NCBI GenBank assembly: GCA_030145585.1
Contig: JAQYVK010000066.1
Span: forward strand, 1-47,497
DNA from: Desulfatiglandales bacterium
GTDB lineage: Bacteria; Desulfobacterota; DSM-4660; Desulfatiglandales; HGW-15
DNA: 47,497 bases
Direction: 5' to 3'
Shown: piece after piece, positions 37,100-47,296 of the stretch
How the letters are laid out: each line of letters opens with the position of its first letter
How positions within the stretch are numbered: the stretch's first letter is position 1
Program-made: the position numbers and the translations under genes
Notes under the pieces: model-generated
The model's database searches: none
What the model was told of the DNA's origin: nothing
What the model saw: the letters and a program-made list of their open reading frames with translations, nothing else

Positions 37100-37813
37100 T
37101 TAAAAACTCAAAAGCATGTTTGGTTCTGGCTTGTCCGGGTTAGGAGGTGGGGCACCATTGCCTTTTTTTGGCTTTAATTCGAAATTTCTTTCCGAGGCGG
37201 CTTGACCTGATAACATAACCTTGGCCATAGAGGGCTTGTAACCTTTAGCTTTTATCTTGAGCTTCCAGTTGCCATCCTTTAGATTAATCTGCTCATAATA
37301 TCCGGAGGCATTTGTCTTTGTTTCCCTCTTCTCATTACCCCTGCAAAAAACTGTGGCGTTCCTGATCGGATTTCCTGTATTCTGATCAAGAACGATCCCA
37401 AAGATGCCAGAGAGTTTAGACGGAGGGCCTCCCTGGTATTCATCGGATGTGATCGGGTCGGATTTCTTTTCACCCTTCTCTTTAGCACGATACATCGACG
37501 TTTTTCCCTCGAAGATCACCCCTTCATCGATGACAACAGTCGGGGCTGTTATATTTCCAAACACCTTTCCCGGCGCACGAATTTCAACCCTCTGATCCGA
37601 CGTGATATTGCCGTGAACTTCACCCCTAACAATGATATATGACACATGCATATCCGCTTCGATGATGCCTTCTTCTCCCACAATGAGATTCACACCCTTG
37701 GTGATTTCGCCCTTGAAGTGGCCATCTATCCGGATTGTCCCATGAAAAGTCAATTTCCCCTCAAATGTCGTTTCTTTTCCTAAAAAGGTGACCACCTTTT
37801 CTTTGCGCTTCAT
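37100..37813 (-). CDS. bactofilin (DUF583) fused to a C-terminal carboxypeptidase-regulatory-like (CarboxypepD_reg) beta-sandwich domain
   Basis: Bactofilin repeats: FEGKLTFHGTIRIDGHFKGEI..GVNLIVGEEGIIEADMHVSYIIVRGEVHGNIT.DQRVEIRAPGKVFGNITAPTVVIDEGVIFEG. Tail: GIFGIVLDQNTGNPIRNATVF.....ETKTNASGYYEQINLKDGNWKLKIKAKGYKP. Confidence 0.75.
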   Translation of the reverse strand: MKRKEKVVTFLGKETTFEGKLTFHGTIRIDGHFKGEITKGVNLIVGEEGIIEADMHVSYIIVRGEVHGNITSDQRVEIRAPGKVFGNITAPTVVIDEGVIFEGKTSMYRAKEKGEKKSDPITSDEYQGGPPSKLSGIFGIVLDQNTGNPIRNATVFCRGNEKRETKTNASGYYEQINLKDGNWKLKIKAKGYKPSMAKVMLSGQAASERNFELKPKKGNGAPPPNPDKPEPNMLLSF

Positions 37814-37903
37814 GAAATTGAACCCCCAAATTATTTTTTTTTAGAGACCGGGTCTTCAACCGAGGTCAAAATTATCCTTTTCCCTGATCAAATGTCATGG
37901 GTT

Positions 37904-38746
37904 TTAGGATTGAGCATAGCTATGCAAGCCGGGCAGGTAATTTACCCCGAAATAAGTGAACATGACACACAAAAATCCTGCTATCGAGAAGATTGCAAGC
38001 CTTTTTCCCCGCCACCCTCTCATCATACGTGCATGGAGGAGAGCGGCATAGACGAGCCAAGTAATCAGAGACCAGGTCTCCTTAGGATCCCAGGTCCAAT
38101 AGCTGCCCCAGGCAGAATGGGCCCATACGGCACCGGTGATAATCCCGAGGGCCAGCAGGAGGAAGCCGATCACCACCATTTGATACGTAAGATCGTCCAG
38201 AATGGATAATCTGGGAATCAAATTCAAGAACATATTCTGTTTTTCGGGATTATCCAATCTTTTTATGAGGTACATCAGGCTGAGACCAAAGGCGAGGGCA
38301 AAGGCTGCATAGCCGAAAAAGCTGGTGATGACATGGGCCAGGAGCCAATTGCTCTGAAGCGCAGGAACGAGGGGCTGAATGCGGCTACTGATGGTCGGTG
38401 AATAGGAGCCATAGGCCATGGCCCCAAAGGCGAGTAGCGTGGCAATGGCCCCAATGCTTTTGTTTTTCGTTCGCCATTCGATGAGTAAATAGAGAAGGAT
38501 GATGGTCCAAGCAAAAAAGATGAGTGACTCGTAAAGATTGGAAAGGGGCGCATGTCCAATACCAAGGTCGTAAGACTCAATCCACCTGAGAATAATCGCA
38601 AAGGCATGAACCACAAAACCTCCCAATGTGACATAGGTGGCGATGCGTCCTAAAGTGGATTTCCCAATGACCATCATCAGAAGATAAAAAAAGAAAGAAA
38701 CGAAATAGACGAAGGTTATATAGCTTAGAATGACTGTATTGACCAT
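37904..38746 (-). CDS. ccsA: cytochrome c biogenesis protein CcsA (System II heme handling)
   Basis: Multi-TM protein with the tryptophan-rich WWD motif WGSYWTWDPKETWSLITW. Confidence 0.9.
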   Translation of the reverse strand: MVNTVILSYITFVYFVSFFFYLLMMVIGKSTLGRIATYVTLGGFVVHAFAIILRWIESYDLGIGHAPLSNLYESLIFFAWTIILLYLLIEWRTKNKSIGAIATLLAFGAMAYGSYSPTISSRIQPLVPALQSNWLLAHVITSFFGYAAFALAFGLSLMYLIKRLDNPEKQNMFLNLIPRLSILDDLTYQMVVIGFLLLALGIITGAVWAHSAWGSYWTWDPKETWSLITWLVYAALLHARMMRGWRGKRLAIFSIAGFLCVMFTYFGVNYLPGLHSYAQS

Positions 38747-38757
38747 TGTGCGTCCCT

Positions 38758-40164
38758 TTATGTCATAAAAAGATTTCGAAGTTTCTGGCTCAGCTTGTCT
38801 AATTCTCTTTCCAGACCGACCGGGTTCTTATTTGACCTTCCTGCCACGCTGATTCGGATCCCTTTTTTTGTCGGCTGAGCTCGTACAAAGATTCCCCTGT
38901 GGGATTGAAAAAAGGCGATAAAAAAGCCAACAATCATCATAAAGCAGCCGATCCAGATAAAAGAAACCCCAGGATCCTTGTTAACTTGTAATCCGGTGTA
39001 GTTTTTACTCTCCATTTGATCAAGAGAAAAAAAATAGGGCTCAAATGCAGCCGGATTTAAACCGGGGAATTTTTCAAATATTTCCGGGAAGCGCTCCCTG
39101 ATCGAATCATGATCCCGAAATATCCAGAGCTTCTTTTCCTCCCCCTCCGGAGGTCTAACCACAAGAAGAACCGCCGGGCCTAAGCGCATAAAGTCCGGTC
39201 TAAAGTCGGCCAGATGTATGTTTCCGTCATTACCGGGAAGAGGCACCGGTTTCCTCAGCTCCATGGTGATAGAAACATCTGAAGGATTGGGTCCTTGTCT
39301 TGAAATACCGATACGGGCCTTGTTTCCGGGAATCGTTCCATAGCTGGACTGATAAAAAGTGATGCCCCTGAAAGTAATCGGATTGTTGACCGTAAGGTTT
39401 CCCTTTAAGGCCTCCTTTCCGTCAGCGAGAATTGTAATGTCGGACCGATATTCCTTCGGGGTGCCATCCTTATAGAATTCCACAAAGAACTTTTCGCATC
39501 GTATCTCAAAACCCAGTTTCACGGGAGCCCCCCCCGCTCTGAGTCGAACCGAGTTCACATAATCCCCCTCCGGGATGTTCACATAGGCCTCAAAGCCGAA
39601 AAAGGACCCGAGGATGCCGCCCAATATTATAAACAGGATGCTTAAATGGACAAGGTAAAAACCAAAATACGAATATCGTCCCTTTTCCCCATAAAAATAT
39701 AGGCCTTTATCGGTTTCTTTGCTTTTTATTTTTTTAAATTGACCATCTAACAGTTCATGAAGCGGGGTGGAGGTATCTTTGATGTTTCCCTTGACTGAGA
39801 AACTCCAGTCAGGGGGAATGTTTTCAAAAGGTTTAGATCGATCGGGTCTCGGCGAAGTCTTAAAGAGCTTCCAGATGGCAGGAAAACGATCAATGGAACA
39901 GACAATGAGGTTGAGGGCAAGGAGACCGATAAGAATCCTGAACCAGATGGAATGATACATATCAAAGAGCTGTAAAAAACTGAAAAGTCGGAAGAAACCG
40001 GGGTTTAATCTTTGAGCGAATTCAACGGCGCTATCCTGTTGAGGGATAACTGTCCCAACGATAGAAGTAATCGCCAGAATGATCAAAAGAAAGATGGTCA
40101 GATTGACCGAACAGAAAAAATTCCAGATGAGATTCGAATTGTTTGTCGTTTTGGATGCAGCCAT
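38758..40164 (-). CDS. resB: cytochrome c biogenesis protein ResB/CcsB (System II)
   Basis: IWNFFCSVNLTIFLLIILAITSIVGTVIPQ is the usual ResB N-terminus. A large periplasmic domain and a C-terminal TM follow. Start set at ATG 40164 (MAASKTT); the track extension of 64 codons looks non-coding. Confidence 0.88.
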   Translation of the reverse strand: MAASKTTNNSNLIWNFFCSVNLTIFLLIILAITSIVGTVIPQQDSAVEFAQRLNPGFFRLFSFLQLFDMYHSIWFRILIGLLALNLIVCSIDRFPAIWKLFKTSPRPDRSKPFENIPPDWSFSVKGNIKDTSTPLHELLDGQFKKIKSKETDKGLYFYGEKGRYSYFGFYLVHLSILFIILGGILGSFFGFEAYVNIPEGDYVNSVRLRAGGAPVKLGFEIRCEKFFVEFYKDGTPKEYRSDITILADGKEALKGNLTVNNPITFRGITFYQSSYGTIPGNKARIGISRQGPNPSDVSITMELRKPVPLPGNDGNIHLADFRPDFMRLGPAVLLVVRPPEGEEKKLWIFRDHDSIRERFPEIFEKFPGLNPAAFEPYFFSLDQMESKNYTGLQVNKDPGVSFIWIGCFMMIVGFFIAFFQSHRGIFVRAQPTKKGIRISVAGRSNKNPVGLERELDKLSQKLRNLFMT

Positions 40165-40506
40165 ATCACCGAGTGAAAAGAAGAGATCCCACTTGCAGCC
40201 CGTATCGCCGGATTCTTCACACCGAAAAAAGGCCACCTGAATTAAGTAGAGGGTAAGTCCCCATAGAACTTCGAAATTTTGTTTTTTTATAGCACTGTTT
40301 TTTTGAAACTGCAATTTTATTTGAGGGAAAAAACAGTCCAAGGGGGATTTAATCATTTTTTGAGTTTAAATTTCTGGGAGTTCCATTCGAGGCAGCAAAT
40401 CTCTGTTGATCGGTCTAATCCCTCGGAATTTAAAAAGATTGACCATTTGGGTCCAATTATGATAAATTTCTTGTCTTATAGATTATGTCGGGGGTGAGTC
40501 AATTTT

Positions 40507-41784
40507 ATGCTTGATCTCAAATTCATAAGATCAAATTTGGATGGGGTCAAAGAGATGATTGAAAACAGGGGATATGACCTGGATATTTCTGTTTTCGAGT
40601 CGATTGACAGCAAGAGAAGAGAGTTGCTGCCGGCATTGGAGGGTCTTCGTCACCAACGTAATCGCGTTAGTCAGGAAATCGCCGAGATGAAAAAGAATGG
40701 TGAGGACGCCTCACATTTTATCGATGAAATGAAAAAAGTCTCGGCGGAGATCAAAGCAAAGGAATCGGAGTTGTCCGGAATCGAGGAAGAGTTGACCCCG
40801 TTCCTGATGGTTGTTCCCAATATGCCTGATGAATCGGTCGTGGTCGGTACCGATGAAAAGGATAACCCCGTGGTCCGCACTTGGGGGAAACAAGAGGAAA
40901 TGGATTTTGATCCGCTTCCTCATTGGGAAATCGGAGAAGGACTGGGTATTCTTGATTTTGCTCGTGCATCGAAAATAGCCGGATCACGGTTTGCACTCTA
41001 TCGTGGGCACGGGGCCCTTCTGGAGCGGGCTCTGATTAATTTCATGCTCGATATTCATACGAAAGAGCATGGATATACCGAGGTGCTTCCACCCTTTATG
41101 GTCAATGCTGCCTCTATGACCGGGACGGGGCAGTTACCGAAGTTTGAGGATGACCTCTTCAAAGTCAATGACTGGGATTTGTATCTCATTCCCACTGCGG
41201 AGGTCCCCGTAACCAATATTCACCGCGATGAGATCCTTCAGGAGGAATCCCTGCCTATTTATTATGTGGCTTATACGCCATGTTTTCGCTCAGAGGCGGG
41301 GTCCTACGGAAAGGATACCCGTGGCCTGATTCGTCAACATCAATTCAACAAGGTGGAACTGGTCAAATTCAGCAGGCCAGGTGACTCTTACGACGAATTG
41401 GAGAGCCTTACGGAAAACGCAGAGGAAATATTGAAGCGGCTAGAATTGCCATATCGGGTCGTTTCGCTCTGTACCGGAGATCTTGGTTTTTCGGCCGCAA
41501 AGACCTATGACCTGGAAGTTTGGCTCCCGGGTCAGAATCTTTTTCGAGAGATTTCATCATGCAGCAACTTTGTCGACTTCCAAGCCAGGCGGGCCAATAT
41601 CCGCTTCAAGAGGAAAGGAGCCAGCGGGACAGAACTGGTCCATACCTTGAATGGATCAGGGCTTGCGGTGGGAAGAACCTTGGTGGCTATCCTTGAAAAC
41701 TATCAACAGAAGGATGGTTGCGTCGCAATACCGAACGCCCTTCAACCTTATATGGGAGGGATGGAATTCATAAAACCTGTTTGA
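40507..41784 (+). CDS. serS: serine--tRNA ligase
   Basis: N-terminal coiled coil (MLDLKFIR), class II motifs FRSEAGS.G.DTRGL.R.HQF.KVE and [19 protein letters not shown]. Confidence 0.97.
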   Translation: MLDLKFIRSNLDGVKEMIENRGYDLDISVFESIDSKRRELLPALEGLRHQRNRVSQEIAEMKKNGEDASHFIDEMKKVSAEIKAKESELSGIEEELTPFLMVVPNMPDESVVVGTDEKDNPVVRTWGKQEEMDFDPLPHWEIGEGLGILDFARASKIAGSRFALYRGHGALLERALINFMLDIHTKEHGYTEVLPPFMVNAASMTGTGQLPKFEDDLFKVNDWDLYLIPTAEVPVTNIHRDEILQEESLPIYYVAYTPCFRSEAGSYGKDTRGLIRQHQFNKVELVKFSRPGDSYDELESLTENAEEILKRLELPYRVVSLCTGDLGFSAAKTYDLEVWLPGQNLFREISSCSNFVDFQARRANIRFKRKGASGTELVHTLNGSGLAVGRTLVAILENYQQKDGCVAIPNALQPYMGGMEFIKPV

Positions 41785-41785
41785 A

Positions 41786-43123
41786 ATGATCAATAAACAT
41801 ACCAGTTCGGACACTTGGCGAAAATACCAGAGACGGCTCCGAGTAAAAAACAGAATGAGATATCTCCTGCGGAGGTTACCTCGACTCGGGGTATATGCGG
41901 GAAGCACTTTTATTATTCTCGTCACTGTACTCTATGGGGGGTCCTGGATATTTGCTCATCTCGAAGGAGAGACCCGTAAGCCGGTAAAGGAGGGGATAAG
42001 GGAAACACAGAGGGATGAAAGGTTGACCAAAAAGGACCTGTCAGCCCTGTTACAACACTTGAACTTGAGTCAACCTCCGAAAGCAGGAACATACAGCCTT
42101 GCACAAGGGGGTGTGAAATTCATCGTAGAGACATCCATCGAGCCGGAACTTCAGGATTACATCACCACCCTACTTTCCCGTTCGAAGACAGATAGAGCAG
42201 CCGTGGTCGTCCTGAAACCTGATACAGGCCGGATTCTGGCGATGGCACAGTTTGAAAAGCAGGGTACCGGGGACGACGAAATTTTGGCTTTAAAGGCGGA
42301 TTTCCCGGCTGCGAGCCTTTTCAAGATCATTTCTGCGGCAGCTGCCATTGAGGCGAAAGGGTTCACACCGGACAGGACGTTGGCCTACAGAGGAAAGAAA
42401 CACACCTTGTATAAAAGCCAGCTCAAAAAGTCAAATGGGCGCTACACTATAAAGACGAATTTAAAAAAGGCATTTTCCGGATCCATCAATCCTGTTTTTG
42501 GTAAAATGGGTATCTACGATTTGGGCAAAGACGTGATGACGGAATACGCGGATAAATTCCTTTTTAATCAATCAATTCCCTTTGATCTTCCACTGGATGT
42601 GAGTACGATTCAAGTCCCTGATGACGATTATGGATTGGCGGAAATCGCTTCAGGTTTCAACAAGAAGACGGTGATATCTCCTCTTCATGCAGCATTGATC
42701 ACAGCAGCCGTTGCCAACAACGGGGATATCATGGCACCATGGTTGGTTGGCAAAGTCAAGGATCATACGGGCAAAGTCCTCTATCGTGTCACACCCTCGA
42801 AACTGGCAAGCCCGTTAAACCCGAACACGGCAGGGTATATGAAGGTCTTGATGAGAGAAACCGTGGTTTCCGGGACAGGCCGAAAGGCCTTTCGCCGCCT
42901 TCGCCGTGATAAAAGATTTAAAAATATCGCGTTGGGGGCCAAGACAGGGACCATCAATGATGAACTGGATCAGTACAAATACGACTGGATAACGGCCTAT
43001 GCTCTGCCAGTGACCGGAGACGGGGGCATATGTATCACCATCCTCGCCGTTCATGGAAAACTATTGGGGATTAGAGCTTCTGAATTGGCCGGGTATGTTA
43101 TCAAACATCATTTTTCATCTTGA
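41786..43123 (+). CDS. membrane-anchored penicillin-binding (transpeptidase-fold) protein, short form
   Basis: N-terminal TM, SxxK (AASLFKIIS), SxN (SGSINP) and KTG (GAKTGT) motifs in order. Only 445 aa, with no recognisable glycosyltransferase or full dimerisation domain. Confidence 0.75.
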   Translation: MINKHTSSDTWRKYQRRLRVKNRMRYLLRRLPRLGVYAGSTFIILVTVLYGGSWIFAHLEGETRKPVKEGIRETQRDERLTKKDLSALLQHLNLSQPPKAGTYSLAQGGVKFIVETSIEPELQDYITTLLSRSKTDRAAVVVLKPDTGRILAMAQFEKQGTGDDEILALKADFPAASLFKIISAAAAIEAKGFTPDRTLAYRGKKHTLYKSQLKKSNGRYTIKTNLKKAFSGSINPVFGKMGIYDLGKDVMTEYADKFLFNQSIPFDLPLDVSTIQVPDDDYGLAEIASGFNKKTVISPLHAALITAAVANNGDIMAPWLVGKVKDHTGKVLYRVTPSKLASPLNPNTAGYMKVLMRETVVSGTGRKAFRRLRRDKRFKNIALGAKTGTINDELDQYKYDWITAYALPVTGDGGICITILAVHGKLLGIRASELAGYVIKHHFSS

Positions 43124-43141
43124 AAAAGGTTAGGTTTTATT

Positions 43142-44968
43142 ATGTGTGGAATTGTTTGCTACGTGGGACGTGAAAAGGCAAAGCCCATCCTGATGGAAGG
43201 ATTGAAACATTTGGAATATAGGGGTTATGACTCCGCAGGGCTGGCTATTCAGAATAAAAAGCACATCGATTATTATCGAGCGGTGGGCAAGATCATCGAG
43301 CTGGAGCGCAAGACAAACGACTTGGACATTCCAGGGACCTCCGGCATTGCCCATACGCGTTGGGCCACCCATGGAGAGCCGACTGAAAAAAATGCGCATC
43401 CGCACCGGGATGAAAAGGATAACATATACGTTATTCATAACGGCATCATAGAAAATTTTCATCATCTCAAAAAGAAATTGGAAAAATCAGGTGTTCAATT
43501 TCGCTCGGAGACCGATACGGAGGTCCTGGCCCATTTGATCGCTCAGAATTTCGATGGTGATCTCAACGAGGCGGTCCGAAAGACCATGTCCCAACTAGAA
43601 GGGACATTTGGATTGGCCGTCATCAACCGAAAAACACCTGGTGAAATTGTTGTTGCCAGAAGGGGAAGCCCATTGATTATCGGTGTGGGAGAAGGTGAAA
43701 ATTTTGCAGCATCGGATGTTGCGGCAATGGTCAGGTATACGAACAAGGTCGTTCACCTGAACGATAATGAATTGGCCCTGCTTACAAAGGATGGCGTTTC
43801 CATCTCAACTGCTCAGGCGAAGGCCATTCAAAGGCCCACCGAAACGGTGGAATGGCAGCCTGAGGATGCCGAACTGAACGGGTTTCCCCACTTCATGTTG
43901 AAAGAGATCTTCGAACAACCGGAGACTATCCTGAATGCAACCAGAGGCCGGCTTGAACCGGGAGAAGGGGTCCCCAAATTGGGCGGCATTATACCCGTGT
44001 GGGATCGGTTAAAGGAATGCCGGCACATGGTCATCGTGGCATGCGGGACATCCTACTATGCGGGGCACGTGGGGAGATATATCTTTGAAAAGTTGACAGA
44101 GGTTGACGTGGAAGTGGAACTCGCCTCGGAATTCAGGTACCAGAAATTAAATTTTCCTCCTAATACATTTATCATCGCCATGAGTCAGTCGGGGGAAACC
44201 GCGGATACTCTTGCAGCCATCCGAGAAGCCAGTAGAAAGGGGGCCAACCTCATAGGGATCGTCAATGTCGTGGGGAGTTCCATTTCTAGGGAGACGGAAG
44301 CGGGGATATACAATCATGCAGGACCGGAGATCGGCGTGGCTTCTACGAAGATTTTTATTTCTCAACTGACCATATTAACCCTTCTCGCCCTCCTGTTGGG
44401 TCGCCACCAAAATCTTTCTCTTACCGACGGGGTTGAGGCCATAAAGGCCCTAACGGCGCTGCCGGATCAAGTGAAGAAGGTCCTGTCCCAAGATAACCAT
44501 ATCCAGGCCATCGCGGAGAAATACTACAAGTACAACAACTGGCTTTACTTAGGTAGAAAATACGGATACCCCATTGCAATGGAAGGGGCATTAAAGCTCA
44601 AGGAGGTCTCTTACATCCATGCAGAAGGCTATGCGGCCGGGGAGATGAAGCATGGGCCTATTGCCTTGATAAATCCGGAAATGCCTACTGTGGCCATCGT
44701 TCCGAAGGACTCCATGCACGAAAAGATGATAAACAATATCCATGAGATCTTGAGTCGTAAGGGCCCGGTCATCGCTATAGCTACTGAAGGGGATGATAAA
44801 ATAAAAGACATGGTGGAGGATGTGATTGAAATCCCCGAAACACTGGATTACCTGAACCCGATCTTAAGTGTTGTTCCCTGCCAACTGCTCGCCTACCATT
44901 GTGCCAGATTTTTAAATCGGGACATTGACCAGCCGAGAAATCTCGCCAAAAGTGTCACCGTAGAGTGA
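43142..44968 (+). CDS. glmS: glutamine--fructose-6-phosphate aminotransferase (isomerising)
   Basis: MCGIV N-terminal nucleophile, two SIS domains, C-terminal PRNLAKSVTVE. Confidence 0.97.
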   Translation: MCGIVCYVGREKAKPILMEGLKHLEYRGYDSAGLAIQNKKHIDYYRAVGKIIELERKTNDLDIPGTSGIAHTRWATHGEPTEKNAHPHRDEKDNIYVIHNGIIENFHHLKKKLEKSGVQFRSETDTEVLAHLIAQNFDGDLNEAVRKTMSQLEGTFGLAVINRKTPGEIVVARRGSPLIIGVGEGENFAASDVAAMVRYTNKVVHLNDNELALLTKDGVSISTAQAKAIQRPTETVEWQPEDAELNGFPHFMLKEIFEQPETILNATRGRLEPGEGVPKLGGIIPVWDRLKECRHMVIVACGTSYYAGHVGRYIFEKLTEVDVEVELASEFRYQKLNFPPNTFIIAMSQSGETADTLAAIREASRKGANLIGIVNVVGSSISRETEAGIYNHAGPEIGVASTKIFISQLTILTLLALLLGRHQNLSLTDGVEAIKALTALPDQVKKVLSQDNHIQAIAEKYYKYNNWLYLGRKYGYPIAMEGALKLKEVSYIHAEGYAAGEMKHGPIALINPEMPTVAIVPKDSMHEKMINNIHEILSRKGPVIAIATEGDDKIKDMVEDVIEIPETLDYLNPILSVVPCQLLAYHCARFLNRDIDQPRNLAKSVTVE

Positions 44969-45036
44969 ATATTGCTCTGATTGAGCGAAAGTTGAGGATG
45001 CTCCAGATCCAAGGCGTCCAAGGGCGAATGCCGTAT

Positions 45037-45189
45037 GCTGCTGCTTCACAGCAGCCATCTACTGCGAGCTTTGGCATGCGCTTGTGTACACAAGCGCCGG
45101 AGATCGGGGTATCATCGGCTTTCCTCGAAGGTGAAGAATCCCGACCATAGGTCGTGATTCTTCTGAAGAAAAAGCTCGCTGGCTTTTTC
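45037..45189 (+). other. cluster of four stem-loops downstream of glmS, including a perfect 20-nt palindrome GCGCTTGTGTACACAAGCGC (45078-45097)
   Basis: GCTGCTG-CTTCA-CAGCAGC at 45037-45055. GAAGAATCCCGACC-ATA-GGTCGTGATTCTTC at 45134-45164. GAAAAAGC-TCGCTG-GCTTTTTC at 45167-45188. Only the last has a T-rich 3' side. Confidence 0.4.
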
Positions 45190-45354
45190 ACGTAGACAAA
45201 AATGGAGAAAAAAAAGCGCATATATAACTCATCATCACGGTGGATTTCGATTTGGTTTTAAAAGCTGTGAAAAGCGTTTGATTTGTTTTTATAAAAATCC
45301 TTCTCGATTTTGTTTACACTCAATTAGGGTAATAGGCAGTAAATAAAATAACTC

Positions 45355-45954
45355 ATGACCCCTCCAGTTCGGGAAAGAAATAATAAGCTTGTCTGGTTCA
45401 CAAAACACCTTTCGAAAATGTTCCTCTCTCCCTTCTTCCGGATAAAAACAGAGGGGCTCCACAATCTATCAGAACAGAACAGCTTTGTCCTCACGCCTAA
45501 ACATCAGCGCTGGGAAGACATCCCCCTTCTGAGTATATCCACACCAAGGTCCCTGTATTACATTGCAAAAAATGAGCTGTTCCTCAATCCTTTCTCCAAT
45601 TGGGTGCTATCTTCCCTGGGAGGGCTCCCGTTAAACCGATCACGCCCCCTGGAGAGTCGTGCATCGTTCAAGATCATGATGGAACGGCTCAGGGAGGGGG
45701 AGGGGCTTGTTATTTTTCCGGAAGGAACCTATTTTAAGGATAGGGTCGGTCCCGGTCGTATAGGCATGATCAAGATGATTCGCTCACGCTTAAAAATTCC
45801 TTTTATCCCAGTGGGCATTGACTATGCCCAAAAGGGGCGCCCTGCGCTGGTCCGAATACATTTCGGAAAAGCATTGTATGATGACCCATCCGATACCACG
45901 GAGAATTTCCTGGATCGGATCATGAAGGAGATTAAAAGACTCTCAAGGTTTTGA
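45355..45954 (+). CDS. lysophospholipid (1-acyl-sn-glycerol-3-phosphate) acyltransferase family protein
   Basis: HX4D motif (PKHQRWEDIP) and FPEGT motif (VIFPEGTYF) at the expected spacing. Confidence 0.8.
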   Translation: MTPPVRERNNKLVWFTKHLSKMFLSPFFRIKTEGLHNLSEQNSFVLTPKHQRWEDIPLLSISTPRSLYYIAKNELFLNPFSNWVLSSLGGLPLNRSRPLESRASFKIMMERLREGEGLVIFPEGTYFKDRVGPGRIGMIKMIRSRLKIPFIPVGIDYAQKGRPALVRIHFGKALYDDPSDTTENFLDRIMKEIKRLSRF

Positions 45955-46008
45955 GAGTTGAATGATGAGAGTAAATGTACAAAGACAACATGGAAAAGGA
46001 GAAGCGAC

Positions 46009-47241
46009 ATGCCGGAAATGGAAAAGATTTTTGAAACGATCGATGGCAGTAGAGATGAGATTATTAAACTTCAGGCTGAACTGACATCGAGGGTCGCACT
46101 CGGGCCTGAAAACGGTGGTAACGGCGAACATAAAAAATCGGAATATCTGAAAGAAAAATTAGAAACCTTAAAGCCCGATTCTATTGAGGAGATCAAGAGC
46201 CCTGATGAGAGGGCTCAGGGGGGGTATCGCCCGAACCTGGTGGCCCGTTGGGAGGGGAACACCAAAGGACCGACAGTCTGGGTGCTCAGTCACATGGATG
46301 TTGTCCCCCCGGGTGATTCGGAACTATGGGAAAGAGATCCTTACAAACTAGAGGTGGATGGGGACAGGGTTGTAGGAAGAGGGGTCCTTGATGATCAGGC
46401 GGGGATAGTCAGTTCCTATCTCGCCCTGGTTGCGGTTCTGCAAACAGGACAAAAGTTGGAACGGTCGGTTGGGCTGGTCTTCGTGGCAGACGAAGAGACA
46501 GGGAGCAAATTCGGGCTTGAGTACCTCCTTGAAAACCATCGGACAATCTTTCACCCGGATGACCTGATCATTGTTCCTGATGCGGGTAATGCATCCGGAA
46601 CAATGATCGAGGTGGCTGAAAAATCCATGCTTTGGCTCAAATTCACGGTGACAGGCAAACAATGCCATGCCAGCACCCCGAGCCGGGGGAAAAACAGTCT
46701 GTATGGCGCCGCAAAACTCATCCTCGCCCTTGAGAATCTTAAAGGGGCATTTGATCGTTTCGATAAATTATTTTCACCTCCCTCATCGACCTTTGAACCA
46801 ACGAAAATGGAAGCCAATGTCCCCAACATAAATACCATACCGGGCAGGGATGTGTTTTATTTGGATTGCCGCATCCTGCCTCAATACAAGGTTGAAGAAA
46901 TCATTGAATTTGCCAAAGAGAGAGCGGAAGAGGTAGCCCAAGAATTGGGTCTTTCAATCCTGGTAGAACCTGTCTACCGACAGGATGCCATAAACCCGAC
47001 ATCCGAAGACGCCCCCGTGGTGAAGGCCTTGATCGAGGCTATCAAAAGGGTGACGGGTATAGAGGCTAAGCCCATGGGCATCGGAGGAGGCACGGTAGCG
47101 GCTTTTTTCCGTAAAGCGGGCCTTCCGGCCGCTGTATGGATGACCATGCCTGATTCAGCCCACCAGCCCAATGAGTACTGCTTGATCAGCAATATCATGA
47201 GCGATGCCAAAGTCCTTGCATGCCTCTATCTAAATGCATAG
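46009..47241 (+). CDS. M20-family metallohydrolase (ArgE/DapE-type)
   Basis: SHMDVVPPGD, the VADEETGS metal ligands, and a GGGT.A C-terminal region. Start at ATG 46009 with AAGGAG 7 nt upstream. Confidence 0.85.
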   Translation: MPEMEKIFETIDGSRDEIIKLQAELTSRVALGPENGGNGEHKKSEYLKEKLETLKPDSIEEIKSPDERAQGGYRPNLVARWEGNTKGPTVWVLSHMDVVPPGDSELWERDPYKLEVDGDRVVGRGVLDDQAGIVSSYLALVAVLQTGQKLERSVGLVFVADEETGSKFGLEYLLENHRTIFHPDDLIIVPDAGNASGTMIEVAEKSMLWLKFTVTGKQCHASTPSRGKNSLYGAAKLILALENLKGAFDRFDKLFSPPSSTFEPTKMEANVPNINTIPGRDVFYLDCRILPQYKVEEIIEFAKERAEEVAQELGLSILVEPVYRQDAINPTSEDAPVVKALIEAIKRVTGIEAKPMGIGGGTVAAFFRKAGLPAAVWMTMPDSAHQPNEYCLISNIMSDAKVLACLYLNA

Positions 47242-47296
47242 GAGAACGGGCTCAAAGAGTGAAGTGGGAAGGGAGAAGAATAGAGGATAGAGGAGA

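Noticed and set aside
43124-43141. Possible glmS ribozyme upstream of glmS.
   Set aside because: Only 18 nt separate glmS from the preceding PBP gene, leaving no room for the ribozyme of about 170 nt. The downstream hairpins do not match it either.
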